Source: Planctopirus limnophila DSM 3776
Lineage (GTDB): Bacteria; Planctomycetota; Planctomycetia; Planctomycetales; Planctomycetaceae
Length of the DNA: 32,000 bases
Assembly (NCBI RefSeq): GCF_000092105.1
Contig: NC_014148.1
Coordinates: 4,440,001-4,472,000 of the forward strand
Direction: 5' to 3'
The notes under the pieces are model-generated. The model made no database searches. It worked only from the letters and a program-made list of their open reading frames with translations, and had not been told where the DNA came from. Shown piece by piece: positions 16,281 to 25,513 of this stretch (position 1 is its first letter; each line of letters opens with the position of its first letter). The position numbers were made by a program, and so were the translations under genes.

Positions 16281-17903
16281 ATGCCGGAAGATTTCCGCAC
16301 GGAACATGTTGAGTCAGGTCATGAGGTGCTTTCGGGAAATGGAGAAGCACAGGGAATTCTGGTTTCCATCGAGCAGATCGCTTCCTTGAGTCGCGATATC
16401 GAAAAAACGCTGCTCATGACACAGCCTGGAGTGTTGACGACTGAAATCAGTCCGGAAACTTTGCAGCGTATGCAGCAGATTCTGCAGAATCTGGCTCCCG
16501 GATTGACACCTCCTTCGACCGAAGAACTGCATGTGGTCGATCTCCCACCATCGATCGGTCGATATCGAGTGACCAAGGTTTTGGGGCGAGGCGGGTTTGC
16601 AGTCGTTTATGCAGCGCATGATCCGCACTTGAACCGTGAAGTGGCCATCAAGGTGCCTTTGCCGTATCGGCAACTGACACCCGATGCGAGGCAGCGATTT
16701 CTTCTCGAAGCTCAGGCAGCCGCCAGGCTGGATCATCCGCACATTGTGCCCACCTTTGAAACGGGTTCAGCCGGTGAGTTGCCCTACATTACTTATGCTC
16801 TCTGCCATGGGCCCACATTGTTTCGCTGGTTAAATCGCCATGGGCCATTGTCCCCGCGTGCGGCTGCCGAACTGGTGATGCAATTGAGCCGAGCGGTCGC
16901 TTACAGCCATCAGCAGGGTGTGCTTCATCGCGATTTGAAATCGGCAAATGTGCTGTTGTTCCCGATCACAGATGCTTTCGCAAATTCCGAAGCAGAGTTT
17001 CCATTCATTCCGCGACTGACTGATTTTGGTCTCGCAAAAGTGCTCGAAGGAACTTTGGTCGAAACCTGCTCCAGCGTCATTATGGGAACGCCCCATTACA
17101 TGGCGCCGGAGCAACTCGAAAAAGGGCTTCGCGGTTGCACCCCTGCGACAGATGTGTTCGGGCTGGGGACGATTCTGTTTGAATGTCTCACAGGAAAGCC
17201 GCCTAACCAAGGAGAAACTGTCATTGAGATTCTGGCTTCGATCCGTGAGGGCGAAATTTCGCACGTCAGCCAGTTTCGTCGGGATGTTCCCCAGGATCTC
17301 GTCAGAGTTTGCGATAAAGCCCTCAGCTTTTTGCCGGAAGATCGTTATGCCACGCCGCAGGAACTGGCACAGGATCTGGCGCGATTTCTGTCGCATGAAT
17401 CGGTGCTGGCGACCGGGCCCAACTGGCAGACACGCCTCTGGCGAGCAGCCCGGCATCCCGCGCGAATTGCCGATGCCGCCACGTTTATCATCATGAGTAA
17501 TCTCGCCATTATGGCGTGGATTACGATCTTTCCCATTTCGATTTTGCTGGGCCTGGCATTCACCCACACTGTTGAACTCGGCCAACTGATGCCCCATACA
17601 GCGCCATTGTGGATCTTCCACTTTCTCATGGTTGTTCTGGGATATCTGATTGGTCGAAAGTCGCTCTGGGCAGCGATGGCTTCCACCATCAGTGGAGCCG
17701 TGCTGACACTCTTCATCTGGTCGGTCCTGGCAAGGTGGATCACGCCGCCCTATCCCGCGATTTACTCGGATGACAAAGCCCGGGACATCGTCTTCGTCCT
17801 GCTGCTGGCGATTTTTGGAGCACAAATGATACTGAGTGCTTGTGCCTGGCTGGCACTCAGGACACTTTCGCTCAAAAACCGTCAGCCCAGTACAGTTGGC
17901 TAA
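16281..17903 (+). CDS. Ser/Thr protein kinase with a C-terminal polytopic (about 4 TM) membrane domain
   Basis: Hanks motifs are present: GRGGFAVVY, VAIK, HRDLKSANVLL, DFGLAK, GTPHYMAPE. The C-terminal roughly 150 aa contain four hydrophobic helices. Confidence 0.9.
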   Translation: MPEDFRTEHVESGHEVLSGNGEAQGILVSIEQIASLSRDIEKTLLMTQPGVLTTEISPETLQRMQQILQNLAPGLTPPSTEELHVVDLPPSIGRYRVTKVLGRGGFAVVYAAHDPHLNREVAIKVPLPYRQLTPDARQRFLLEAQAAARLDHPHIVPTFETGSAGELPYITYALCHGPTLFRWLNRHGPLSPRAAAELVMQLSRAVAYSHQQGVLHRDLKSANVLLFPITDAFANSEAEFPFIPRLTDFGLAKVLEGTLVETCSSVIMGTPHYMAPEQLEKGLRGCTPATDVFGLGTILFECLTGKPPNQGETVIEILASIREGEISHVSQFRRDVPQDLVRVCDKALSFLPEDRYATPQELAQDLARFLSHESVLATGPNWQTRLWRAARHPARIADAATFIIMSNLAIMAWITIFPISILLGLAFTHTVELGQLMPHTAPLWIFHFLMVVLGYLIGRKSLWAAMASTISGAVLTLFIWSVLARWITPPYPAIYSDDKARDIVFVLLLAIFGAQMILSACAWLALRTLSLKNRQPSTVG

Positions 17904-17968
17904 TGCTCGATGATTACGATGAGTTGACTTGAACTCCCCCACCCAACCTGCCTTCGGAGAGGAAGCGC

Positions 17969-19648
17969 ATGCAATGCCTGCTGACGAGGATCTGCCTGGC
18001 GGTCACACTGGGCTGCATGACCTCGATGAACATGCTTGGTTTGATGGCCTCAGAGCCAGAGGTCACAACTTCGGTCGTTGTCTATTCCGGCAAGGCGGCT
18101 GAGTTGAAATGGATTGGTAAGCCTTGGGCATCGATCGAGGATCCCAAGGGCTCAACGAGCGCACTGCTGGCGAGTGGTCAGAATCGATGGCTGCTCTCTC
18201 GAAGCGGGATTGGCGCAGGTGATTTTCAGATTCGAGTGCGGCTGCAGCTGGCCAAACTGGATGGAACGGCTGCCGCCTTCGATTTCGGAAGCAGCCGCTT
18301 TGGTCTCGATGGCAAAGCGGGCCTGCTGTTTGTTGAAGGGCCACTCTTTCGCAATCAACCAGCTGCGACGCTCAAAATCGCAGACTTGGTACAGCCGGGT
18401 GCTCCGTTCTTGCTTGAAGTGATTCGAAAGGATGAACAAACCCGGTTTCTGATCAATGGCCAGTCGGTCTACACACTAGATGGCTGGAAAGGCTCTGTCG
18501 GTCGAGTGGGGTTGCGGCCGTGGCGCAATGAGATGGCGGTGTTTGACTTCTCGATCAAAGGAAATCTTTACGAGTTGCCAGCACCACCTGAGCCTTTGTT
18601 TCCAAGTGGCTTTGCAGGTGGAACGGAGGGCTATCACACCTTTCGGATCCCTTCTCTGACAACCACGCGCTCGGGAACGTTATTGGCCCTTTGCGAAGGA
18701 CGAAAAAACTCGACGGGCGATAGCGGCGATATCGACCTCGTCATGAAGCGATCGACCGATGGAGGAAAGACATGGAGCCAGCCCGTCGTCCTCTGGGATA
18801 ATGGCGAGAATACTTGCGGCAATCCGTGCCTGGTCGTCGATCAAACGACCGGAGAATTATTGCTCCTGGCAACCTGGAACCTGGGTGATGATCACGAGAG
18901 CGAGATCATTGCCCAAACCAGCCGCGATACCCGGCGTGTGTACGTTCTGCGATCCAAAGACGACGGCTTGACCTGGAGCCAGCCGGTGGAGATCACCAAA
19001 GATGTGAAACAACCCGACTGGACGTGGTATGCGACAGGGCCGGGTGGCGGAATTCAAATTCAGCAGGGCTCCCACGCGGGTCGATTGGTCATACCCTGTG
19101 ACCATATTGAAGCCAGAACGAAAAAGTACTACTCGCACGTGATCTACTCGGATGATCATGGGCAGACCTGGAAACTTGGCGGAAGCACGCCAGCCGCCGG
19201 TGTGAATGAATGCGAGGTTGTCGAACTGACTGGGGGAAAACTGCTGCTCAATATGCGTAATGCCAGTGCCAGCAGGCAGAGGCAAACGAGTATGAGCGAG
19301 GATGGCGGCCTCACCTGGAGTGAATTGAAATCTGACGCGGCACTCATCGAGCCTGTCTGCCAGGCAGCCATCCTGCGAGCCAGTTGGCCTGCCAGGTCAG
19401 AGCCGGGCTGGATCCTCTTCAGCAACCCTGCCAGCACCACTAGCCGCACAAATTTGACAGTTCGCGGCAGTCGGGATGACGGCCAGACCTGGCCTGTCAG
19501 CAAAGTTCTGTATACGGGCCCAGCGGCTTATTCTGACCTGGCTTTACTTCCTGATGGAAAAGTCGGCTGCCTGTTTGAAGCGGGTGAAGCCAACTACGCC
19601 GAGTCGATCGTCTTTGTGACATTCGGGCTGGATGAATTAACAACGTGA
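17969..19648 (+). CDS. Exo-alpha-sialidase (GH33-like, BNR/Asp-box) with an N-terminal lectin/LamG-like domain
   Basis: Signal peptide MQCLLTRICLAVTLGCMTS and an FRIP motif (YHTFRIPSL). Five Asp-boxes are present: STDGGKTWS, SKDDGLTWS, SDDHGQTWK, SEDGGLTWS, SRDDGQTWP. The roughly 180 aa N-terminal beta-rich domain ends ...GLRPWRNEMAVFDFSIKG. Confidence 0.85.
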   Translation: MQCLLTRICLAVTLGCMTSMNMLGLMASEPEVTTSVVVYSGKAAELKWIGKPWASIEDPKGSTSALLASGQNRWLLSRSGIGAGDFQIRVRLQLAKLDGTAAAFDFGSSRFGLDGKAGLLFVEGPLFRNQPAATLKIADLVQPGAPFLLEVIRKDEQTRFLINGQSVYTLDGWKGSVGRVGLRPWRNEMAVFDFSIKGNLYELPAPPEPLFPSGFAGGTEGYHTFRIPSLTTTRSGTLLALCEGRKNSTGDSGDIDLVMKRSTDGGKTWSQPVVLWDNGENTCGNPCLVVDQTTGELLLLATWNLGDDHESEIIAQTSRDTRRVYVLRSKDDGLTWSQPVEITKDVKQPDWTWYATGPGGGIQIQQGSHAGRLVIPCDHIEARTKKYYSHVIYSDDHGQTWKLGGSTPAAGVNECEVVELTGGKLLLNMRNASASRQRQTSMSEDGGLTWSELKSDAALIEPVCQAAILRASWPARSEPGWILFSNPASTTSRTNLTVRGSRDDGQTWPVSKVLYTGPAAYSDLALLPDGKVGCLFEAGEANYAESIVFVTFGLDELTT

Positions 19649-19663
19649 TGCGTGCGAACGTTT

Positions 19664-19697
19664 GCCTGCCGCGTGCCATGCCTGCTGCGTGCCATGC
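19664..19697. repeat. 16 bp tandem duplication in the convergent spacer
   Basis: gcctgccgcgtgccat followed by gcctgctgcgtgccat, then gc. Confidence 0.8.
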
Positions 19698-19718
19698 TTG
19701 CAGCTCTGGGCAAGCATG
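19693..19718. terminator. Hairpin between the convergent sialidase and symporter genes (weak terminator candidate)
   Basis: catgcttgc (19693-19701) pairs with gcaagcatg (19710-19718) around an 8 nt loop. There is no strong T-tract on either strand. Confidence 0.3.
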
Positions 19719-19791
19719 TCTTGGCAACTAACATCGCTCCGGTATCTCCTCTGAAACGTGCAGTTGTTCGAAGATCGACGTCATGACAGGA

Positions 19792-21387
19792 TCAGTGGCT
19801 CACCACACTGCGGCGTTCCTGTGCCAGATCGGCGGGATGTCGAGGAACGTGCTTGATCCAGTTGGGCATGGCGGAACCAATAATCATTCCGAAAATCGAT
19901 GCCACAAGGCCATAGATCTGTGGTGGAACCACCTGCCATAGATTGGCACTTTCTTCATCATGAATGAACTCGGTTCCCAGCCAGACTGGCAGAGCAAACA
20001 GGATCGAAAAAACCGCCCCTTGAGTGGTGGCTTTCGACCAGTAAATGCCAAAGGCCAGGGGCACGAAGGCGATCACCAGAGTCACTTTGTAGCCACTCTC
20101 GACCATCTCATACATGGTGCTTTCCGAGTTCACGGCGATGGTGGTGGCAGTAATCGAGACGAGCACCAGCATGGTACGCACCAGCCACAGCAGCATGTTG
20201 TCGCTCATCTTGAGAGTGAACTGACGCAGCACGTTTTCTGTGAGAATACTGGCTGGTGCCAGCAAGGTACCACTTGCCGTTGACAGAATGGCCGAAAGGA
20301 CGGCTCCAAAGAACAAAATCTGGACCCAGAGTGGAGTCTGATTCAGGATCAGAACTGGCAGGACTTTCTGGACTTCGCGGGCGTCTTCGGACGCGAAATG
20401 GCCAGCCGCCGCTGGGTCAATCATCGTGGCCGAAAAGGCGATGAACATCGGCACAAAAGCAAAGCCGAAATAGAACAGCCCGCCTAACAGTGTCCCCGCT
20501 CGGGCGGTGGCTTCGTTACGGGCACTGGTCACACGCTGGAACACATCCTGCTGGGGAATCGAACCCAGTGCCATCGTGAGAAATTCACCAATAAAAATCA
20601 GCCAGGCGGCAGTTGTCACGTGTGGAAACAGATTCAGCTTCCCTGCCTGAGCGGCGGCGGCCACGACGGGCTGAAATCCACCCGCTTTTTCACCCAGAAT
20701 GTATGCGACTAGCAGTAGACCAATCACAATGGCGACAGTCTGCACCACATCCGTGAGAGCGATCGACCACATCCCGCCAAAGAAGGTGTAGAGCGTGACG
20801 ATCACCGCACCAATGATGATGGCCTGATTCAACGTGACATATTCGGGGAACAGGACATTGATCACCAGCCCGAAGGCCGAGAGCTGTGCTGTCGTCCAGC
20901 CCATGTACGATGCAGCGATCCCCAGCGACGTGAGAACTTCCACAAATCGGCCGTAGCGCACATGGTAATAGTCGCCAATTGTTAACAGCTCGAGACTGTA
21001 AAAGGTGCGGGCAAAGAAGATGGCCACGAGCACCAGGCAAACCGATGCGCCGAAGGGATCACCCGAGACAAATCCCAGTCCCTGATCAGCAAAACGAGCA
21101 GAAACCGAAAGCACGGTTTCCGCACCAAACCACGTCGCAAACACGCAGGCAAAGTTCATTCCCAAAGGGAGTGAACGACCAGCCACCATAAAGTCTTTGG
21201 CACTCCCCACCATGCGGGCGCCATACGCGCCTAAAGCCAGTGTGCCCACCATGTATGCAATCACGCACGCAATCAGCACTGACACATCCCCTTGATGGAG
21301 CCCACTCAACAGGGCTGGAGCAGCCAGCCCACCCAAAACCTCTGCATCGACGATCAAAAAGCCCGCAAGAAGACAGGCGGCTTTCAA
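19792..21387 (-). CDS. Sodium:solute symporter (SSS) family transporter
   Basis: 531 aa polytopic protein. The N-terminal region KDFMVAGRSLPLGMNFACVFATWFGAETV matches the SSS signature region. The track start is a TTG and the true start may be an internal GTG just before SVLIACVIAYMVG. The substrate cannot be read from the sequence. Confidence 0.85.
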   Translation of the reverse strand: MKAACLLAGFLIVDAEVLGGLAAPALLSGLHQGDVSVLIACVIAYMVGTLALGAYGARMVGSAKDFMVAGRSLPLGMNFACVFATWFGAETVLSVSARFADQGLGFVSGDPFGASVCLVLVAIFFARTFYSLELLTIGDYYHVRYGRFVEVLTSLGIAASYMGWTTAQLSAFGLVINVLFPEYVTLNQAIIIGAVIVTLYTFFGGMWSIALTDVVQTVAIVIGLLLVAYILGEKAGGFQPVVAAAAQAGKLNLFPHVTTAAWLIFIGEFLTMALGSIPQQDVFQRVTSARNEATARAGTLLGGLFYFGFAFVPMFIAFSATMIDPAAAGHFASEDAREVQKVLPVLILNQTPLWVQILFFGAVLSAILSTASGTLLAPASILTENVLRQFTLKMSDNMLLWLVRTMLVLVSITATTIAVNSESTMYEMVESGYKVTLVIAFVPLAFGIYWSKATTQGAVFSILFALPVWLGTEFIHDEESANLWQVVPPQIYGLVASIFGMIIGSAMPNWIKHVPRHPADLAQERRSVVSH

Positions 21388-21790
21388 TCAGCGGGAAAAG
21401 GGAGCACAAGTCTTCGCCCGCCCAAACTTTGCAACCGCAAGAGTATTGAAGTTTCCCGATCTGACTGCAAGCCGAAAACGATCGCAAAGCCCCAACGCTG
21501 TGGATGTTGCGGCTATTCCTGACAGGTCGCATCCATAAGTCACGATGTGAGAAGGTTCTCGATCTCTCAGTACGAATCACGATTGTCATCGAGCTGGTGC
21601 GAAAGCAGGACTTCTCAAAGTCAACCATCCACAGGCCTGGAAGAATGGGAGATGGCCACTGCGATCTCTGCATGAGCTTCATCGACAACCAGCTCATGTC
21701 GATCACTCGTCGCCATTCCCGGATCACGAGATTGTCATCCAGACCTCCGGTTCAAGGTCTGAAAGTTGCTTTGTCTGTATGGGGTTCACT

Positions 21791-21845
21791 CTCAAACACT
21801 TCCCGAGTGTTTGAGGGGCTCAGCCTGTCAGAATTTACGACAGGC
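21791..21845 (+). other. Two adjacent hairpins in the leader of the DUF1559 gene
   Basis: Hairpin 1: ctcaaacac (21791-21799) pairs with gtgtttgag (21807-21815). Hairpin 2: gcctgtc (21823-21829) pairs with gacaggc (21839-21845). Both lie 90-150 nt upstream of the ATG at 21938. Confidence 0.3.
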
Positions 21846-21937
21846 GAGGCACTGCGAGCGACAATTTGTTCGACAAAGGCTCACGAGCCATCACTCGAAC
21901 TCCTGAATTAAGGTCCTGAATATTGGATATCGTCTCG

Positions 21938-22930
21938 ATGAAGAAAAAGACAGGTTTCACACTGATCGAGTTGCTGGTCGTCATTGCGATTATCGCCGTG
22001 CTGATTGCCTTGCTCTTGCCGGCGGTCCAGCAGGCGCGGGAAGCAGCCCGTAGAACCCAATGCCGGAACAATCTCAAACAGATTGCGCTGGCCATGCACA
22101 ATTATCATGATGTGCATAATTGCTTTCCGGCGGCTCGGCTTTCGAGCACTCCCAAGTATGGTCAGATGGTGGCCTTGCTCCCCTATCTCGAAGGCGGGAA
22201 TCTCTCTCGCCTGTTCGATGTGACAGCACCAGGGGGGTTCGCAGACCCTGTGAACCAGAAGGTCGCGAATACACCGGTTTCAATGATTCGCTGTCCATCA
22301 AATCCTGTCCCGGGCCTGATCAAGATGAGGAACAGCAGTTCCACAGGGACAAGCTACGGATCTTTCATCACCAGCACAGGCTCCACGACTGATCCTAACG
22401 ATCCGTCGATTATGACAGGCTGGGCCAACGACTATTGGGTCAATCATGGGATTAACAGTTCCAGCTATACACTTGCCTATTCGACGGGGATATCTCCCAG
22501 CCCGATCCTCAAGGGGACAAGCCCTCGCATGCGTGACGTCACGGATGGCCTGTCGAACACAATCCTCGTCAGTGAGCATGCAGGCTATGATGTTCATTAT
22601 GTACGTGGAGTAGGCATGCCCATGCCGGCCACAGACTTGACTCTTGATCAGCCCGGCGCATGGGGAACATGGCTTGGCTGGTGTGCCTATATGATTCAGA
22701 CATATCCAGTTTATACAGTCGATACCTATCCCACGAACTTATCTAACATCCCGTCGGGAACAGGCTGTACTGTGAATTGTAACAACTCACAGGGGATCTT
22801 TGGTTTTCATGCCGGCGGCGCCACTGTCGCCATGGGTGATGGAAGCGTACGGTTTTTGCCCGAGAGTCTATCAAACGTGATTCTGATGGGGATGGTGACC
22901 CGCGACGGTGGCGAGGTGATTTCTGAATGA
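21938..22930 (+). CDS. DUF1559 / H-X9-DG protein with a prepilin-type N-terminal cleavage/methylation signal (pseudopilin-like)
   Basis: [57 protein letters not shown] is the canonical planctomycete DUF1559 N-terminus. The C-terminal [17 protein letters not shown] fits H-X9-DG. Confidence 0.9.
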   Translation: MKKKTGFTLIELLVVIAIIAVLIALLLPAVQQAREAARRTQCRNNLKQIALAMHNYHDVHNCFPAARLSSTPKYGQMVALLPYLEGGNLSRLFDVTAPGGFADPVNQKVANTPVSMIRCPSNPVPGLIKMRNSSSTGTSYGSFITSTGSTTDPNDPSIMTGWANDYWVNHGINSSSYTLAYSTGISPSPILKGTSPRMRDVTDGLSNTILVSEHAGYDVHYVRGVGMPMPATDLTLDQPGAWGTWLGWCAYMIQTYPVYTVDTYPTNLSNIPSGTGCTVNCNNSQGIFGFHAGGATVAMGDGSVRFLPESLSNVILMGMVTRDGGEVISE

Positions 22931-23328
22931 AATGTCGACCTCTCTTTGCAGCCCTCGTCTCATTGAACCTGGTGATGATCAGTTCGGGATGTTCTCTACA
23001 TGATCAGAAATGCCTCGTTTCAGGCCAGGTGACCATCGACAGCCAACTCGTTGATGGAGTTTATCTGCTCTTTCATCAAGAGCATTCCAGCAATGTCGTT
23101 GGAACAGCCCGCACTGATCATTCGGGACATTACCTCGCCAAGCTGCCTGTCGCGGGGCGCTATGCTGTGACAGCGTTCTGGCCCAAGATTATCCGAAATA
23201 CTGAAGAAACGATTGAGGGTGAAGATCGCCTGAGGGGAAAGTACCGTGATTCCTTGAACCCGTTGACTCTCATCACTGTTTCCACTGGCGAGAACTACCC
23301 GCCTGCGATCAACATCTCCTCTCGATAG
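22927..23328 (+). CDS. Small lipoprotein, probably carboxypeptidase-regulatory/transthyretin-like fold
   Basis: The ATGA overlap with the upstream stop (22927-22930) implies translational coupling. Signal plus lipobox [22 protein letters not shown]. The beta-sandwich-like [19 protein letters not shown]...[22 protein letters not shown] supports the fold, which is assigned by resemblance only. Confidence 0.6.
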   Translation: MKCRPLFAALVSLNLVMISSGCSLHDQKCLVSGQVTIDSQLVDGVYLLFHQEHSSNVVGTARTDHSGHYLAKLPVAGRYAVTAFWPKIIRNTEETIEGEDRLRGKYRDSLNPLTLITVSTGENYPPAINISSR

Positions 23329-23357
23329 CAAAAGAATATTCTCTTTAGGATCTTTCA

Positions 23358-25490
23358 ATGATAACGAATCGATATGCCATTTATGCTCTATTCGCTTTTT
23401 TGGTCATAATGCTTTCCGAAGAAGCAGCATTCAGCAATGACTCTAAAACGATCTTTTCCACACAATCGGGAAGGTGGTCTTCAAAAGAAACCTGGAGTTC
23501 AGGGAATCTCCCGGAAACGGGAGATCGGGTTGTGATCCGCTCAGGCCACCATGTGATTTATGATATTGGCCACCAGGGCCGAACTCCCAGCTTTCGACTG
23601 GTTCAGATTGCAGGAGAACTCGAGTTCGCTACTGATCAGAATACCTTGCTCGAAGCAGGACTCATTACGATTATCTCCAGTGAAGACCCCTCCGAAGAAG
23701 GCTTTGACTGTCATGCAACTCCACCTCCCGTAGGAGAAGGTCGCAGGCGTCCGGCACTTTATGTCGGCAAACCCGGCGCTCCTTTACCGGCTGAATATAC
23801 GGCCAAGATCCGTCTACGGTACTTTGAAGGTATGAATAAACTTTCCTGCCCGGCTCTCGTGTGCTGCGGCGGACGTATGGAAATTCATGGTCAGCCAATC
23901 GCACGCACCTGGGTCAAGCTGAAACGCTCTGTGAATCCAGTGGAATCGACCGGACGTGGTGCCACGACGCTCTCTTTAATGGAGAATGTCGAAGGCTGGA
24001 AAGAAGGCGACCAGGTTATAGTCACCAGCACACATCGTCAGCGGGATCGCGAAGACGGCGATTTTCTCAGTAGTGCACAAACAGAAGTTCGCAGGGTCGT
24101 GCGGACAGGCAGCCAGGACTTTACGGGCGGATATCCATTAACTCTCGATAAACCATTGCAGCATGCTCATTTCGCTGATGAGAACTTTCAGGCCGAAGTT
24201 GCAAATCTCACTCGAAATGTCGTCGTTGAATCAGCGGAACCAGATGGAGTTCGAGGGCATACGATGTACCACAGGCACTCAGCGGGTTCAATCAGCTATG
24301 CCGAATTCCGACATCTCGGTAAGCGAGATGAGCTAGGTCGATACAGCATTCATTTCCATCTCTGTGGCGAAACGATGCGTGGCAGTTCCGTGATTGGCGC
24401 ATCCATCTGGGACAGCCATAACCGCTGGATTACGATTCACGGTACGAATGCTCTCGTGATTCGTGACTGCGTGGGCTACAAGAGTGTCGGACATGGGTAT
24501 TTTCTGGAGGATGGCACAGAGGTCAATAACATCCTGGATCATAACCTGGCAGCTCTCGTATTCCCTGCCAAAACTCAAAAGGATCAGGTGGTACCATTCG
24601 ATCTGAATCGAGGTGCAGGCTTCTGGTGGGCGAATTGTCACAATCAGTTCACTCGAAATGTTGCTGCAGAATGTGCCGAGTATGGCTATCGCTTTGAAAA
24701 CAAGAAAACTGCAGACTTCGATCCGATCCTGTCTGTCCGTCAGCCGGATGGATCGGTCAAGAGTGTTGATACACGTATTCTGCCCTTTATACGTTTTGAA
24801 GGTAACGAAGCCCACACCATGCGATTCTTCTGCCTGAATCTGCGGGGAATCGCTCGTCCGGAGGGTGGCCGCCTGAACTTTGTCGAGCAGAATCAAACGC
24901 TGGCACGCGAAGCTGCTGAAGCTCTACCACCCAATGGAACACCTTTTTGGATTAAAGATTTCAAAGCCTGGGAAGCCAACTGGTCCGTCCATTTAGGAAC
25001 GACAGGTGTCTTTATCGACGGGCTCAACTCCTACCGCTGCGATGTCGCTATCTGGCGTTCAGTGATGGATCGGTCAGGTTTCCGCCGGATGACTTCCCGT
25101 GAAATGCGTGTGAACGATATTCATGGCCCGATCAGCATGGGTGCTGTTCCTACTTCAACAGCCAGCGAAAATGACGAAGGATACGCCTATGAAGCTCGGC
25201 TGCAGCCAGCTTCAGTTTCAAGTTTTAAAGATCAATTACCGCCCGTAACCGTCATCACTTCCATTGTACGCCAGGGACAGTTATTGAAAGTCTGCGGCTC
25301 TGTCGCAGATACCAGCGATATTCGACACGTGCTCGTCAATGGTCAAAAAGCCCGCTCGTTACGGGGAAGTTTTGCCGAATGGGAAATTGTGCTGGAAGCT
25401 CCAGCTAGCGGCCCCATGGAATTGACGGCCATCTCTGAGGATATCAATGGCCATATCGAACAAACGCCTCACATCGTTCGTCTCGATTGA
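23358..25490 (+). CDS. Secreted G8-domain / right-handed beta-helix protein (putative glycan-active enzyme)
   Basis: Signal-like N-terminus. G8-like segment RWSSKETWSSGNLPETGDRVVIRSGHHVIYD...LVQIAGELEF...LEAGLITI. GRYSIHFHLCG and repeated short beta-helix-like turns follow (IWDSHNRWITIHGTNALVIRDCVGYKSVGHGYFLEDGTEVNNILDHNLAA). The C-terminal roughly 90 aa look like an Ig-like domain. Confidence 0.7.
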   Translation: MITNRYAIYALFAFLVIMLSEEAAFSNDSKTIFSTQSGRWSSKETWSSGNLPETGDRVVIRSGHHVIYDIGHQGRTPSFRLVQIAGELEFATDQNTLLEAGLITIISSEDPSEEGFDCHATPPPVGEGRRRPALYVGKPGAPLPAEYTAKIRLRYFEGMNKLSCPALVCCGGRMEIHGQPIARTWVKLKRSVNPVESTGRGATTLSLMENVEGWKEGDQVIVTSTHRQRDREDGDFLSSAQTEVRRVVRTGSQDFTGGYPLTLDKPLQHAHFADENFQAEVANLTRNVVVESAEPDGVRGHTMYHRHSAGSISYAEFRHLGKRDELGRYSIHFHLCGETMRGSSVIGASIWDSHNRWITIHGTNALVIRDCVGYKSVGHGYFLEDGTEVNNILDHNLAALVFPAKTQKDQVVPFDLNRGAGFWWANCHNQFTRNVAAECAEYGYRFENKKTADFDPILSVRQPDGSVKSVDTRILPFIRFEGNEAHTMRFFCLNLRGIARPEGGRLNFVEQNQTLAREAAEALPPNGTPFWIKDFKAWEANWSVHLGTTGVFIDGLNSYRCDVAIWRSVMDRSGFRRMTSREMRVNDIHGPISMGAVPTSTASENDEGYAYEARLQPASVSSFKDQLPPVTVITSIVRQGQLLKVCGSVADTSDIRHVLVNGQKARSLRGSFAEWEIVLEAPASGPMELTAISEDINGHIEQTPHIVRLD

Positions 25491-25513
25491 TGGAACGCCT
25501 GCAACCATTCAGC

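Noticed and set aside
16830-17942. 370 aa ORF on the minus strand, the fourth-longest minus-strand ORF in the track
   Set aside because: It is entirely antisense to the Ser/Thr kinase, whose + strand frame carries all Hanks motifs. Its translation is Arg/Gln/Cys-rich with no motifs, so it is a typical shadow ORF.
21086-21911. ORFs of 213 aa (minus) and 135 aa (plus) in the symporter/DUF1559 spacer
   Set aside because: The 213 aa ORF is out of frame over the symporter N-terminus and Cys/Arg/Trp-rich. The 135 aa ORF has no SD and no motifs, and overlaps the hairpin region. Both are probably non-coding.
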